In this document: piece by piece, positions 47,901 to 58,899 of the stretch
Layout: each line of letters begins with the position of its first letter
How positions within the stretch are numbered: position 1 is the first letter of the stretch
Assembly: GCF_044704955.1 (NCBI RefSeq)
Contig: NC_092006.1
Location: 4,465,451 to 4,528,000, forward strand
Reading direction: 5' to 3'
DNA: 62,550 nt
DNA from: Pristiophorus japonicus
Lineage: Eukaryota
The notes under the pieces: generated by a model
Seen by the model: only the letters and a program-made list of their open reading frames with translations
Database searches by the model: none
Told to the model about the DNA's origin: nothing
Program-made: the position numbers and the translations under genes

Positions 47901-50900
47901 ACTGAGAGAGCGCCGCACTGTCGGAGGGGCAATACTGAAGGAGCGTCGCACTGTCGGAGGGACAATACTGAGGGAGCACCGCACTGTCGGGGAGCAGTAC
48001 TGAGGCAATGCAGCACCGTCGGAGGGACAATACTGAGGGAGCGCCGCACTGTCGGAGGGGCAGTACTGAGGGAGCGCCGCACTGTCGGAGGGGCAGTACT
48101 GAGGGAGCGCCGCACTGTCGGAGGGACAATACTGAGGGAGCGCCGCACTGTCGGAGGGGCAGTACTGAGGGAGCGCCCCACTGTCGGAGGGACAATACTG
48201 AGGGAGCGCCGCACTGTCGGAGGGGCAGTACTGAGGGAGCGCCGCACTGTCGGAGGGACAATACTGAGGGAGCGCCGCACTGTCGGAGGGGCAGTACTGA
48301 GGGAGCGCCCCACTGTCGGAGGGACAATACTGAGGGAGCGCCGCACTGTCGGAGGGACAATACTGAGGGAGCGCCGCACTGTCGGAGGGGCAGTACTGAG
48401 GGAGCGCCCCACTGTCGGAGGGACAATACTGAGGGAGCGCCGCACTGTCGGAGGGGCGGTACTGAGGGAGCGCCGCACTGTCGGAGGGACAATACTGAGG
48501 GAGCGCCGCACTGTCGGAGGGGCAGTACTGAGGGAGCACCGCACTGTCGGAGGGGCAGTACTGAGGGAGCACCGCACTGTCGGAGGGGCAGTACTGAGGG
48601 AGTGCCGCACTGTCGGAGGGGCAGTACTGAGGGAGCGCCGCACTGTCGGAGGGGCGGTACTGAGGGAGTGCCGCACTGTCAGAGGGGCAGTACTGAGGGA
48701 GCACCGCACTGTCGGAGGGGCAGTACTGAGGGAGCACCGCACTGTCGGAGGGGCAGTACTGAGGGAGCACCGCACTGTCGGAGGGGCAGTACTGAGGGAG
48801 CACCGCACTGTCGGAGGGGCAGTACTGAGGGAGCACCGCACTGTCGGAGGGGCAGTACTGAGGGAGCACCGCACTGTCGGGGAGCAGTACTGAGGCAATG
48901 CAGCACCGTCGGAGGGGCCGTCTTCCGGATGAGATGTTAAACCGAGGCCCTGTCTGCCCTCTCAGGTGGACACAAAAGATCCCATGGCAGTATTTTGAAG
49001 AAGAGCAGGGGAGTTATCCCCGGTGTCTTTGACCAATATTTATCCCTCAATCAACATAACATAAAAAACAGATGATCCGGGTGATTATCACATTGCTGTT
49101 TGTGGGAGCTTGCTGTGCGCAAAATGGCTGCTGTGTTTCCCACATTACAACAATGACTACACTCCAAAAGAATGGGACGTCCTTGGTGGTTGTGCAAGGC
49201 TGTATATAAATGCCAGTCTTTCTTTCTAAGCCCCCGAGCCCGGAGCTGGGGAGGGGAGTTCTCCCAGGGCTCCCACTGTATGAACATATGAACAATGACG
49301 GACAGGTAAAGGCCATTTGGTCCATCGAGCCTGTCCCACACAATTGCGATAGCTTGTGTATCACAACATATTCACTGCACCCCACCTCAAACCACGTGAT
49401 CTCCTGGGAGAGGCAGAAAAATCGGATTTTTTTAAAACCCAGGCCAATTTGGGGGTGGGAAATCTGGGAAAATTCCTCTCCGACCCATCCAGGCGATCGA
49501 AACGAGTCCAGGAGATCACCCTGGCCTCGAATTCCCTGAGGTAAACATAGAAAATAGGTGCAGGAGTAGGCCATTCGGCCCTTTGAGTGTAATGTATTTG
49601 CTTTATGGGTTCTTTGCTTAAGAATTCATAGCAACACATTTGCTATTAAGAACCAGTTGGTTTAGTAGCAAAAAGTTTATCACATGACACATTACCAGTC
49701 CATCCACCAGGCTCACAACCACCTGCCCCATCAGGTATCCCCCGAACCCAACTGGCTGGGGTTTTATTGAGTCTTGTGAATATCATGTGACTGGCTAAGC
49801 CCCTCCCAACTCAACAACTCTACCAACCTGTGAGCGTGCATTGAACCTACTTTCTCTGAGAGTCCATCGCCACCCCAGCCAGAAACAGGTCTCGCTCTCG
49901 CTTGAAGGAATTCAGCGATTCGCTGTCCACCACAGGAGACAGCAGTTCGTTTCAGAAGTCTACCATTTCTCTTGAGGCAAAGAACCTCCTCCTGACGTCT
50001 AACCTTAGATCTGGCCTTGCACAACTTAGATTTGAGACTCCCCCTGGTCCTGCCAACCTATTTGGGACAGTAGTAGCAGGAATCGGCCTTTGGGCCCCTC
50101 GAGCCTACCCCATTCACTAAGATCACAGCTGATCTGATCTTGGCCTTAACTCCACTTCCCTGCCCACTCCCCATAACCCTCGACCCTTAATCAGGTCCAC
50201 CTTGCGGGTGTGGGCAGGATTTTGGCTGGTTTGTAATGCACCCCGTGGCTGAATAGCCGGCTGCCCTCCTGGGCTCAGGTGTGAGGCGCGTCTGCTTGGC
50301 GAGGAATTAAACGGGAGGCCCGATTGCGTGTGGTGTGCTCTCAGTCACCCAGGTCTCTCTTGTGCTGCCCACCCCCCCAGCTCACCAGAGTATTATGCAG
50401 CTGCGCCAGAGGGTGAAGAGCGACCCGGCGGATCAGCCGCCCTACGCGGGAATCATCACCGAGCTGCTGCTTCACTCCAAGCTGCCGGTGGACATCATCA
50501 CAGCCAATGGGACCGAGCTGATGGTCGGGAGTGTGGACACGGTGAGGGCTGTGTGGGGTGGGTGATAGATTCACGCTGCTCCCCGAGTATCCCTCCCCAC
50601 ATCGTATCCCCCTCCTCACACCCCCTCCCTCTCCCCACACCACACACCCTCCCCCTACCCCCTCCCCTTCCCCACACCACCTCCCCCTACCCCCTCCCCC
50701 CCCCCCGCCCCAGAACTCTCCCCCCAAAAAGCTGTCGAGACTGGGGTGGAGACCGGGGGGGGGGGGGGACGGGGGGGGGGGGTTGCGGGAGATGAATTGG
50801 AAAATTCCAAAACTGAGACAGATAGCTTTCTGTTGTGTCAGGGGATGAAGGTTGACGGAACCAAGGCGGGTGCATAGAGTTAAGATACAGGACCAGTCGC

Positions 50901-53900
50901 GATCTCGGGCTCGAGGGGCCGAATGGCATCCTCCTGCTCCTTTGCACGGTGTTTTAAATTGAACTCCGATCTCCCGCTTACCGCGGGGACCAGTTGCTTC
51001 CCCCACCTGCTGCTCACTGACCGCCCCCAACCCACACCGCCTCACGGCCTCTGAACCTCCTGCCGCGCAACACGACCTCTGAACTCTGCTCCCCGCCCTC
51101 TGAACCCCCGCCTCGCAACACGACCTCTGAGCCCCGCCACCCAACACGGCCTCACGAACTCTGAACACCCTGACTCGCAACATGACCTCTGAACCCCGCC
51201 CCCGAACCCCCGCCTCACAATATGACCTCTGAACCCCGCCCCAACCCACACCGCCTCACGACCTCTGAACCCCCTGCCTCGCAACATAACCTCTGAACCC
51301 CGTCCCACAACCCCTGCTTCACCTCATGACCTCGGAACCCCGACCCGCCTCATGACATCTGAACCCTCTGCCTCGCAACACGACCACTGAACCCCGCAAC
51401 ACCGCCTCACTACCTCTGAACCCCCTGTCACGTAATACGACCTCTGAACCCCGCAACATCGCCTCATGACCTCTAAACCCCCGCCTCACAATCCGACCTC
51501 TGAACCCCGCCCCCAACACGACCTCACGAACTCTGAACCCCCTGCTTCGCAACATGGCTTCTGAACCCCGCACCCCGCCTCGCAACATGACCTCTGAAAC
51601 CCGCCCCCAACCCACACCGCCTCACGACCTCTGAACCCCTGCCTCGCAACATAACCTCTGAACCCCGCCCCCTGAAGCCCTGCCTCGCAACACGACCTCT
51701 GAACCCCGCAACACCGCCTCACGATCTTTGAATCTCCTGCCTCACAACACGACCTCTGAACCCCGGCCCTTGCACCACCGCCTCACGACCTTTGAATCCC
51801 CTGCCTCACAACACGACCTCTGAACCCCGCCCCCTGCAACACCGCCTCATGACCTCTGAACCCCCTGCCTCGCAACACAATCTCTGAACCCCGCCCCCTA
51901 CAACACCGCCTCACGACCTCTGAACCCCCTGCTTCGCAACACAATCTCTGAACCCCGCCCCCCAAAACACTGTCTCACGACCTCTGAACACCCCCCCCGG
52001 CAACATCGTCTCACGACCTCTGAACCCCCCCCCCCGGCAACACCGCCTCACGACCGCTGAAGCCCCCCCAACAACACTGCCTCACGACCTTCGACCCACA
52101 GGTTACCTCCCCCGCACCCCCCCTCGCCCCCGGTTCCGGCAGTGTTTGTTGGGTGATGGGAGGGCCGGTGTCTGTGGGTGAAGTTCAGTCACGATATGAT
52201 TCTTCGTTTTTCCAGACTGCGCTCAGCCTCCTGTTCACTCTCTTCGAGTTGGCACGCAATCCCAGTGTACAAGAGGCGCTGCGCGATGAGGTCACCGCGG
52301 CCTACGAGGATGCCCGGGGGGACGTGGATAAACTGCTGCATTCCGTCCCACTCCTCAGGGGGGCCATCAAGGAAACTTTACGGTAAGTGACGCTAACGTC
52401 TGGTGACCCCTGGGTTAGAAAGGGGGGGAAATCAGCCAGGGTTCCTGCTCCTGATCACTGCCCAGTGACCCCTGGGTTAGAGAGAGAGGGGAAATCAGCC
52501 AGGGTTCCTGCTCCTGATCACTGCCCAGTGACCCCTGGGTTAGAGAGAGGGGAAATCAGCCAGAGTTCCTGCTCCTGATCACTGCCCAGTGACGCCTGGG
52601 TTAGAGAGAGGGGAAATCAGCCAGGGTTCCTGCTCCTGATCACTGCCCAGTGACCCCTGGGTTAGAGAAAGAGGGGAAATCAGCCAGTGTTGCTGCTCCT
52701 GATCACTGCCCAGTGACCCCTGGGTTAGAGAGAGAGGGGAAATCAGCCAGGGTTCCTGCTCCTGATCACTGCCCAGTGACCCCTGGATTAGAGAGAGAGG
52801 GGAAATCAGCCAGGGTTCCTGCTCCTGATCACTGCCCAGTGACCCCTGGGTTAGAGAGAGAGGGGAAATCTGCCCCGGGGGATGGACTCTGCATCTGATG
52901 GACTCTGGAATCCAGGTACAAATTCATTGTGTTTTATTTCTCAGGCTGTATCCAATTGGTGTCACTGTACAGCGCGAGCCAATCAGGGACATCGTCCTCC
53001 AGAACTACCACATTCCAGCCGGGGTAGGTCAAGTCCGGCCTTCGGACACTGACTCGGAGACATCAGCTTTAAACCTTGGACACTCCCTCCCAGATTCCCA
53101 GCATCTGCAGCATCTTGTTCTAAGTCTGTCTCTGAATAACTCCAGCGACTTGAGCACAAAATCCAGGCTGACACATCAGGGCGATACTGAGGGAGCGCTG
53201 CACTGTCGGAGGGGCGGTGCTGAGGGAGCGCCGCACTGTCGGAGGGGCAGTACTGAGGGAGCGCCGCACTGTCGGAGGGGCGGTACTGAGGGAGCGCCGC
53301 ACTGTCGGAGGGGCGGTACTGAGGGAGCGCCGCACTGTCGGAGGGGCAGTACTGAGGGAGCGCCGCACTGTCGGAGGGGCAGTACTCAGGGAGCGCCGCA
53401 CTGTCGGAGGGGCGGTGCTGAGGGAGCGCCGCACTGTCGGAGGGGCAATGCTGAGGGAGCGCCGCACTGTCGGAGGGGCGGTACTGAGGGAGCGCCGCAC
53501 TGTCGGAGGGGCAATACTGAGGGAGCGCCGCACTGTCGGAGGGGCAGTACTGAGGGAGCGCCGCACTGTCGGGGGGCGGTGCTGAGGGAGCGCCGCACTG
53601 TCGGAGGGGCAGTACTGAGGGAGTGCCGCACTGTCGGAGGGGCAATACTGAGGGAGCGCCGCACTGTCGGAGGGGCAGTGCTGAGGGAGCGCCGCACTGT
53701 CAGGTGGACATAAGATAACCCCTGGCCACCATTGGAAGAAGAGCAGGGGGAGCTCTCCCGGCGTCCTGGGGCCAATATTTATCCTTTTAAACAACTTCAC
53801 TAAAACAGATGATCTGGGTCATTATCACATTGCTGTGTGTGGGAGCTTGCTGTGCGCAAGTTGAGCTGCCGCGTTTCCCACATTACAACAGTGACCGCAC

Positions 53901-54036
53901 TCCAAATAATTACTTCATTGGCTGTAAAGCGATTTGGGATGTCTGGTGGGCGTGAAAGGCGCTATATAAATGCAAGTTATTGATTGAAGATGGTGTTGGA
54001 GGAGATGTGGTGTTCGATGTTGCTGATTCATGCTCC

Positions 54037-54070
<34 letters not shown>

Positions 54071-56160
54071 ACCATGGTACAGGTGGGACTTTACTCTTTG
54101 GGCAGGAACGCGGACTTCTTCCCCGAGCCCGAGAGGTACGACCCGGCCAGGTGGCTCAACAGTGTCAGGAACCAGTTCCAGGCCTTGTCCTTTGGGTTCG
54201 GTGTGCGGCAATGTATTGGACGGCGAGTGGCTGAAACCGAAATTGGGCTCTCTCTGATCCACGTGAGTTCCCCGCTGACCGTCGAACCCCCTCGCCCCCA
54301 ACACACACACTCCCTGGGCTCAGGGAGCAGATGCACGCCCCCTTCCACAGTCGAATAGCTGCTGCTGTCCGTGTCCGGGTTGACCCGGGAAGGATGCCCA
54401 ACCGACTGGGTACGGGTCACTGTCTGCCTTCCCAGTGAGGTGTCATCTCTGTCCTCCCCTCCCAAAAGCTCCCGTCTCCGTCCTTAAATAGGACCCGGAA
54501 TGGGAGGCCACTCAGCCCCTCGAGCCTGTTCCCCCATTCTGTTCCACCGTGGCTGACTCACGCCCCAATTCCGTTTGGTGCCACCCGTCACCCATTGACA
54601 ATGCTGGCCCCATTATTTCCTTGCTCCTGTCTCCTCCCCTCGCCCTCCCTCCCCTCTCACCTCACCACCCTCCCTCTCCTCACCTCCCCTCCCTCTCCTC
54701 GCCACCCTCTCCCCTCGCCACCCCCTCTCCCCTTCCCTCGCCCTCCCTCCTCACCCCCTCCCTCTCCTTGCCCTCGCCCCCTCCCTCCCTCCCTCGCCGC
54801 CTCCTTCACCCTTCCCCACCCTCGTCCTCCCCTTCCTCTCCTCGCTCCCCTCTCCCCTTGCCTCCCTCTCCCCTTGTCCTCCCCCCCACCCTCTCCTCCC
54901 CTCCCCGCCCCCCCACCGCCGTGTGCCCTTCCCTGCCTCGGGGCTCCTCTCTTTCCTCGACACCTCCCCCCCCACCCCCCCCCCCCCCCCCTCTCGCCCT
55001 CGGTAGTTTTTCGGGAATATTTGACCACATGAGGCATCACAGCAGGACCCCCACCCTTTGTTGCCGATCCAGGGGGCTGTGGGGGATCCATACTGCCACC
55101 TTGCTGGGATCCACTAACTCAGCACACCGCCCTCCCCGCCCCCCGCCACAATTACATAGAAAATAGGAGCAGGAGTAGGCCATTCGGCCCCTCGAGCCTG
55201 CACCGCCATTCAATATGATCATGGCTGATCCTCCATCTTAACACCATATTCCCACTTTCTCCCCGTACCCCTTGATGCCTTTTGTGTCTAGAAATCTGGC
55301 TTTCTCCCTCTTAAATATATTCAGTGACTTGGCCTCTACAGCCTTCTGTGGTAGAGAATTCCACAGGTTCACCTCCCTCGGAGTGAAAACATTTCTCCTC
55401 ATCTCGCTCCTAAATTTCCTACCCCGTATCCTGAGACTGTGTGACTCCTTGTTCTAGACTTCCCAGCCCCGGGGGAAACATCCTCCCCACATCCAGTCTG
55501 TCCAACCCAGTCAGAATTTTATACCTTTCAATGAGATCCCCTCTCATTCTTCTAAACTCCAGTAAATACAGGCCCAGTCGACCCAATCTCTCCTCATACG
55601 TCAGTCCTGCCATCCCAGGAATCAGTCTGGTGAACCTTCGCTGCACTCCCTCTGTGGCAAGTATATCCTTTCTTAGGTAAGGAGACCCAAACTGCTCACA
55701 ATACTCCAGGTGCGGTCTCACCAAGGCCCTGCATAACTGCAGTAAGACATCCTTGCTCCTGTACTCAAATCCTCTTGCAATGAAAGCCAACATACCATTT
55801 GCCTTCCTAACTGCTTGCTGCACCGGCATGTTTGCTTTCAATGACGGGTGTACAAGGACACCCAGGTCCCTCTGTACATCGACACTTCCCAAGCCATCGC
55901 CATTTACCTGAGCTATTCAGCTACAATTGCCATCATTTTAACCATTGAGTTGCCGTCTAACCCAATTTGTATATTTATTTTCCCCCCGGCAGATTTTGAG
56001 AAGGTTCCAGATTTTCTCGAACTCCAGCGCTGATGTTCAAGTGACCTACGGATTCATTCTGATGGTGGATATTCCTCCCCTGATCACCTTCAAGCCCATC
56101 CACCAACAGAAGCAGAGCCTGTCGACCGAGGCTCAGGACCGCTCCCAACTCCAGGCCTAA
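41654..56160 (+). CDS. CYP11B: Mitochondrial cytochrome P450, CYP11B/CYP11C (steroid 11-beta-hydroxylase) type, 529 aa, 9 exons
   Basis: Exons 41654-41916, 43595-43750, 46010-46209, 47311-47514, 50381-50541, 52216-52382, 52945-53023, 54071-54262, 55993-56160 join in frame (1590 nt). Basic leader, [53 protein letters not shown] favour CYP11B/C over CYP11A. Confidence 0.9.
43595..43750 (+). CDS. CYP11B: CYP11B/C exon 2 ([12 protein letters not shown]...[10 protein letters not shown])
   Basis: ctccag / gtaagt, 156 bp. Confidence 0.93.
43830..45800 (+). repeat. L2 3' fragment with two internal arrays (about 57-bp unit 44045-44800; about 37-bp unit 44865-45490)
   Basis: L2 ORF remnant [13 protein letters not shown]...[14 protein letters not shown]; units cctaactcgcaccgagtcccgctcacccatcacc... 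and tatctctgtaacctcctccagcccctacacccctccc. Confidence 0.88.
46010..46209 (+). CDS. CYP11B: CYP11B/C exon 3 ([18 protein letters not shown]...DLFRFALE)
   Basis: ttgcag / gtgagt, 200 bp; WxxxR motif. Confidence 0.93.
46520..47293 (+). repeat. DeuSINE with 33-bp array; tail ends 17 bp before exon 4
   Basis: Array 46590-46985; tail gctatataaatgcaagt. Confidence 0.85.
47311..47514 (+). CDS. CYP11B: CYP11B/C exon 4 ([10 protein letters not shown]...[11 protein letters not shown])
   Basis: ttccag / gtgcgt, 204 bp. Confidence 0.92.
47622..49220 (+). repeat. DeuSINE with about 39-unit 33-bp array
   Basis: Array 47622-48918 then Deu core and tail. Confidence 0.9.
50381..50541 (+). CDS. CYP11B: CYP11B/C exon 5 (HQSIMQ...[10 protein letters not shown]...[13 protein letters not shown])
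   Basis: ccccag / gtgagg, 161 bp; I-helix. Confidence 0.92.
51030..52095 (+). repeat. Diverged minisatellite with core (c/t)gacctctgaacccc in CYP11 intron 5
   Basis: Core recurs every 25-40 bp. Confidence 0.9.
52216..52382 (+). CDS. CYP11B: CYP11B/C exon 6 ([16 protein letters not shown]...[10 protein letters not shown])
   Basis: ttccag / gtaagt, 167 bp; ExxR motif. Confidence 0.94.
52402..52870 (+). repeat. 63-bp tandem repeat, about 7 copies, LF-SINE-like
   Basis: Unit contains gaaatcagccagggttcctgctcctgatcactgcccagtgacccctg, which I recall as LF-SINE core; family call is from memory. Confidence 0.8.
52945..53023 (+). CDS. CYP11B: CYP11B/C exon 7 ([26 protein letters not shown])
   Basis: tctcag / gtaggt, 79 bp. 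Confidence 0.94.
53130..53977 (+). repeat. DeuSINE with 33-bp array
   Basis: Array 53183-53700 then SINE body and tail. Confidence 0.88.
54071..54262 (+). CDS. CYP11B: CYP11B/C exon 8 (heme-binding [10 protein letters not shown])
   Basis: (CT)n-cag acceptor, gtgagt donor, 192 bp. Confidence 0.95.
55155..55890 (-). mobile_element. CR1 LINE 3' fragment in intron 8
   Basis: ORF 55419-55892 QRDLGVLVH...[14 protein letters not shown]. Confidence 0.88.
55993..56160 (+). CDS. CYP11B: CYP11B/C exon 9 (ILRRFQIF...[19 protein letters not shown]...LQA*)
   Basis: cggcag acceptor; TAA 56158-56160. Confidence 0.9.
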   Translation: MLRRFQIFSNSSADVQVTYGFILMVDIPPLITFKPIHQQKQSLSTEAQDRSQLQA

Positions 56161-56177
56161 CCCTGCCAACTGCCAGA

Positions 56178-58327
56178 GGGTGGGGTGAGGGGTCAGGAGG
56201 GTGGGGATAGAGGTCAGGAGGGTGGGGTTAGGGGTCAGGAGGGTGGGGTTAGGGGTCAGGAGGGTGGGGTTAGGGGTCAGGAGGGTGGGTTAGGGGTCAG
56301 GAGGATAGAAACATAAAAAATAGGTGCAGGAGCAGGCCATTCGGCCCTTCAAGCCTGCACCACCATTCAATATGATCATGGCTGATCATTCACCTCAATA
56401 CCACCTTCCTGCTTTCTCTCCATACCCCTTGATCCCTTTAGCCATAAGGGCCATATCTAACTCCTTCTTGAATATATCCAATGAACTGGACTCAACAACT
56501 TTCTGTGGTAGAGAATTCCACAGGTTCACAATTCTCTGAGTGAAGAAATTTCTCCTCATCTCGGTCCTAAATGGCTTACCCCTTATCCTTAGACTGTGAC
56601 CCCTGGTTCTGGACTTCCCCAACATCGGGAACATTCTTCCTGCATCTAACCTGTCCAGTCCCGTCAGAATTTTATAAGTTTCTATGAGATCCACTCTCAT
56701 CCTTCTAAACTCCAGTGAATACAGGCCCAGTTGATCCAGTCTCTCCTCATATGTCAGTCCAGCCATCCCGGGAATCAGTCTGGTGAACCTTCGCTGCACT
56801 CCCTCAATAGCAAGAACGTCCTTACTCAGATTAGGAGATCAAAACTGAACACAATATTCCAAGTGAGGCCTCACCAAGGCCCCGTACAACTGCAGTAAGA
56901 CCTCCCTACTCCTATACTCAATCCCCTCGCTATGAAGGCCAACATACCATTTGCCTTCTTCACCGCCTGCTGTACCTGCATGCCAACTTTCAATGACTGA
57001 TGAACCATGACACCCAGGTCTTGTTGCACCTCCCCTTTTCCTAATCTGCCGCCATTCAGATAATATTCTGCCTTTGCGTTTTTGCCCTCAAAGTGGATAA
57101 CCTCACATTTATCCACATTATACTGTATCTGCCATGCAGTTGCCCACTCACCTAACCTGTCCAAGTCACCCTGCAGCCTCTTAGCATCCTCCTCACAGCT
57201 CACACCGCCACCCAGCTTAGTGTCATCTGCAAACTTGGAGATATTATACTCAATTCCTTCATCTAAATAATTAATGTATATTGTAAATAGCTGGGGTTCC
57301 AGCACTGAGCCCTGCAGCACTCTACTAGTCACTGCCTGCCATTCTAAAAAGGACCCATTTATCCCGAGTCTCTGCTTCCTGTCTGCCAACCAGTTCTCTA
57401 TCCACGTCAGTACATTACCCCCAATACCATGTGCTTTAATTTTGCACACCAATCTTTTGTGTAGGACCTTGTCAAAAGCCTTTTGAAAGTCCAAATACAC
57501 CACATCCACTGATTCTCCCTTGTCCACTCTACCAGTTACATCCTCAAAAAACTCCAGAAGATTTTGTCAAGCATGATTTCCCTTTCATAAATCCATGCTG
57601 ACTTGGACCGATCCTGTCACTGCTTTCCAAATGTGTTGCTATTTCATCTTTAATAATTGATTCCAACATTTTCCCCACTACTGATGTCAGGCTAACCGGT
57701 CTATAATTCTCCATTTTCTCTCTCCCTCCTTTTTTAAAAAGTGGTGTTACATTAGCTACCCTCCAGTCCATGGGAACTGATCCAGAGTCGATAGACTGTT
57801 GGAAAATGATCACCAATGCATCCACTATTTCTTGGGCCACTTCCTTAAGTACTCTGGGATGCAGACTATCAGGCCCCGAGGATTTATTGGCCTTCAATCC
57901 CATCAATTTCCCTAAAACAATTTCCCGTCTAATAAGGATTTCCTTCAGTTCCTCCTTCTCACTAGACCCTCGGTTCCCTAGTATTTCCAGAAGGTTATTT
58001 TTGTCTTCCTTCATGAAGACAAACCAAAGCATTTGTTGAATTGGTCTACCATTTCTTTGTTCCCCATTATAAATTCACCTGAATCTGACTGCAGGGGACC
58101 TACGTTTGTCTTCACTAATCTTTTTCTATTCACATATCTATAGAAGCTTTTGCAGTCAGTTTTTATGTTCCCGGCAAGCTTCCTCTCATACTCCACTCTC
58201 ATTTTCCCACTCCTAATTAAACCCTTTGTCCCCCTTTGTTGAATTCTAAAGGGGTCAGGAGGATGGGGTTAGGGGTCAGGAAGATGGGGTTAAAGGTCAG
58301 GAGGATAGGGTTAGGGGGTCAGGAGGA
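56178..58327 (+). repeat. 21-bp repeat (ggggtcaggagggtggggtta) split by a CR1 insertion
   Basis: Units at 56178-56305 and 58251-58327. Confidence 0.8.
56305..58250 (-). mobile_element. 5'-truncated CR1 LINE in the probable CYP11 3'UTR
   Basis: RT ORFs 56871-57527 and 57544-58032; tail atagaaacata at the left end. Confidence 0.92.
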
Positions 58328-58804
58328 CTGACTGCGATCTCGGTTGTGCCTTTCCGCCCTGGGGGCTTGTAGCACAGACGCAAAGAAATTAGAGGGGGCT
58401 CCAGGTCCGGGGTGCGATGGGGAAACAGGTCCTCTGCCCAAATGAGGAATGAGAAACTCAGGGTCAGAGCAGTGACTGACGCTGTTGACTTCCAGCCCTT
58501 GGACTGAATGTGAACACTGCCGCTGGGCTCTCCCGCAGTCCATGGGGTCGAGATTGATCCTGTACTCCAGGGGTAGGCTGGAATTCACAGCGGCAACATT
58601 GCTCAGCCCGGCAAATAACCCGAAAATAACTCTCCTGACGAACAGATGGAGAGAGTGTGGGATTCCCGGCCACACAGTCAGAGTCTGTGAGGAGCACCAC
58701 TTTTCAATAATGGCCTCCTGAGCTCACTCACCTCCTGTTTCTAAGCTGTGCTCGTCCAGTAACTTGCTGCAGCTTTTGGCTTCTGTGTATTGTTTAACCG
58801 GGAA

Positions 58805-58810
58805 AATAAA
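58805..58810 (+). terminator. Probable CYP11B/C polyadenylation signal
   Basis: AATAAA at the end of unique sequence after the CR1. Confidence 0.45.
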
Positions 58811-58899
58811 TCTCACTCCTGCTGTTAGCCTGCATGGACATTTACCCTCCTCATTCTGCAGCGGCCGCCTGATCCTGGGGTTCATTGCGGGTCGCAATG

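Noticed and set aside
41654-56160. Calling the P450 CYP11A1
   Set aside because: Exon 1 resembles both, but [29 protein letters not shown] and LYSLGRN fit CYP11B/C, and the neighbouring kinase is CLK2, not CLK3.
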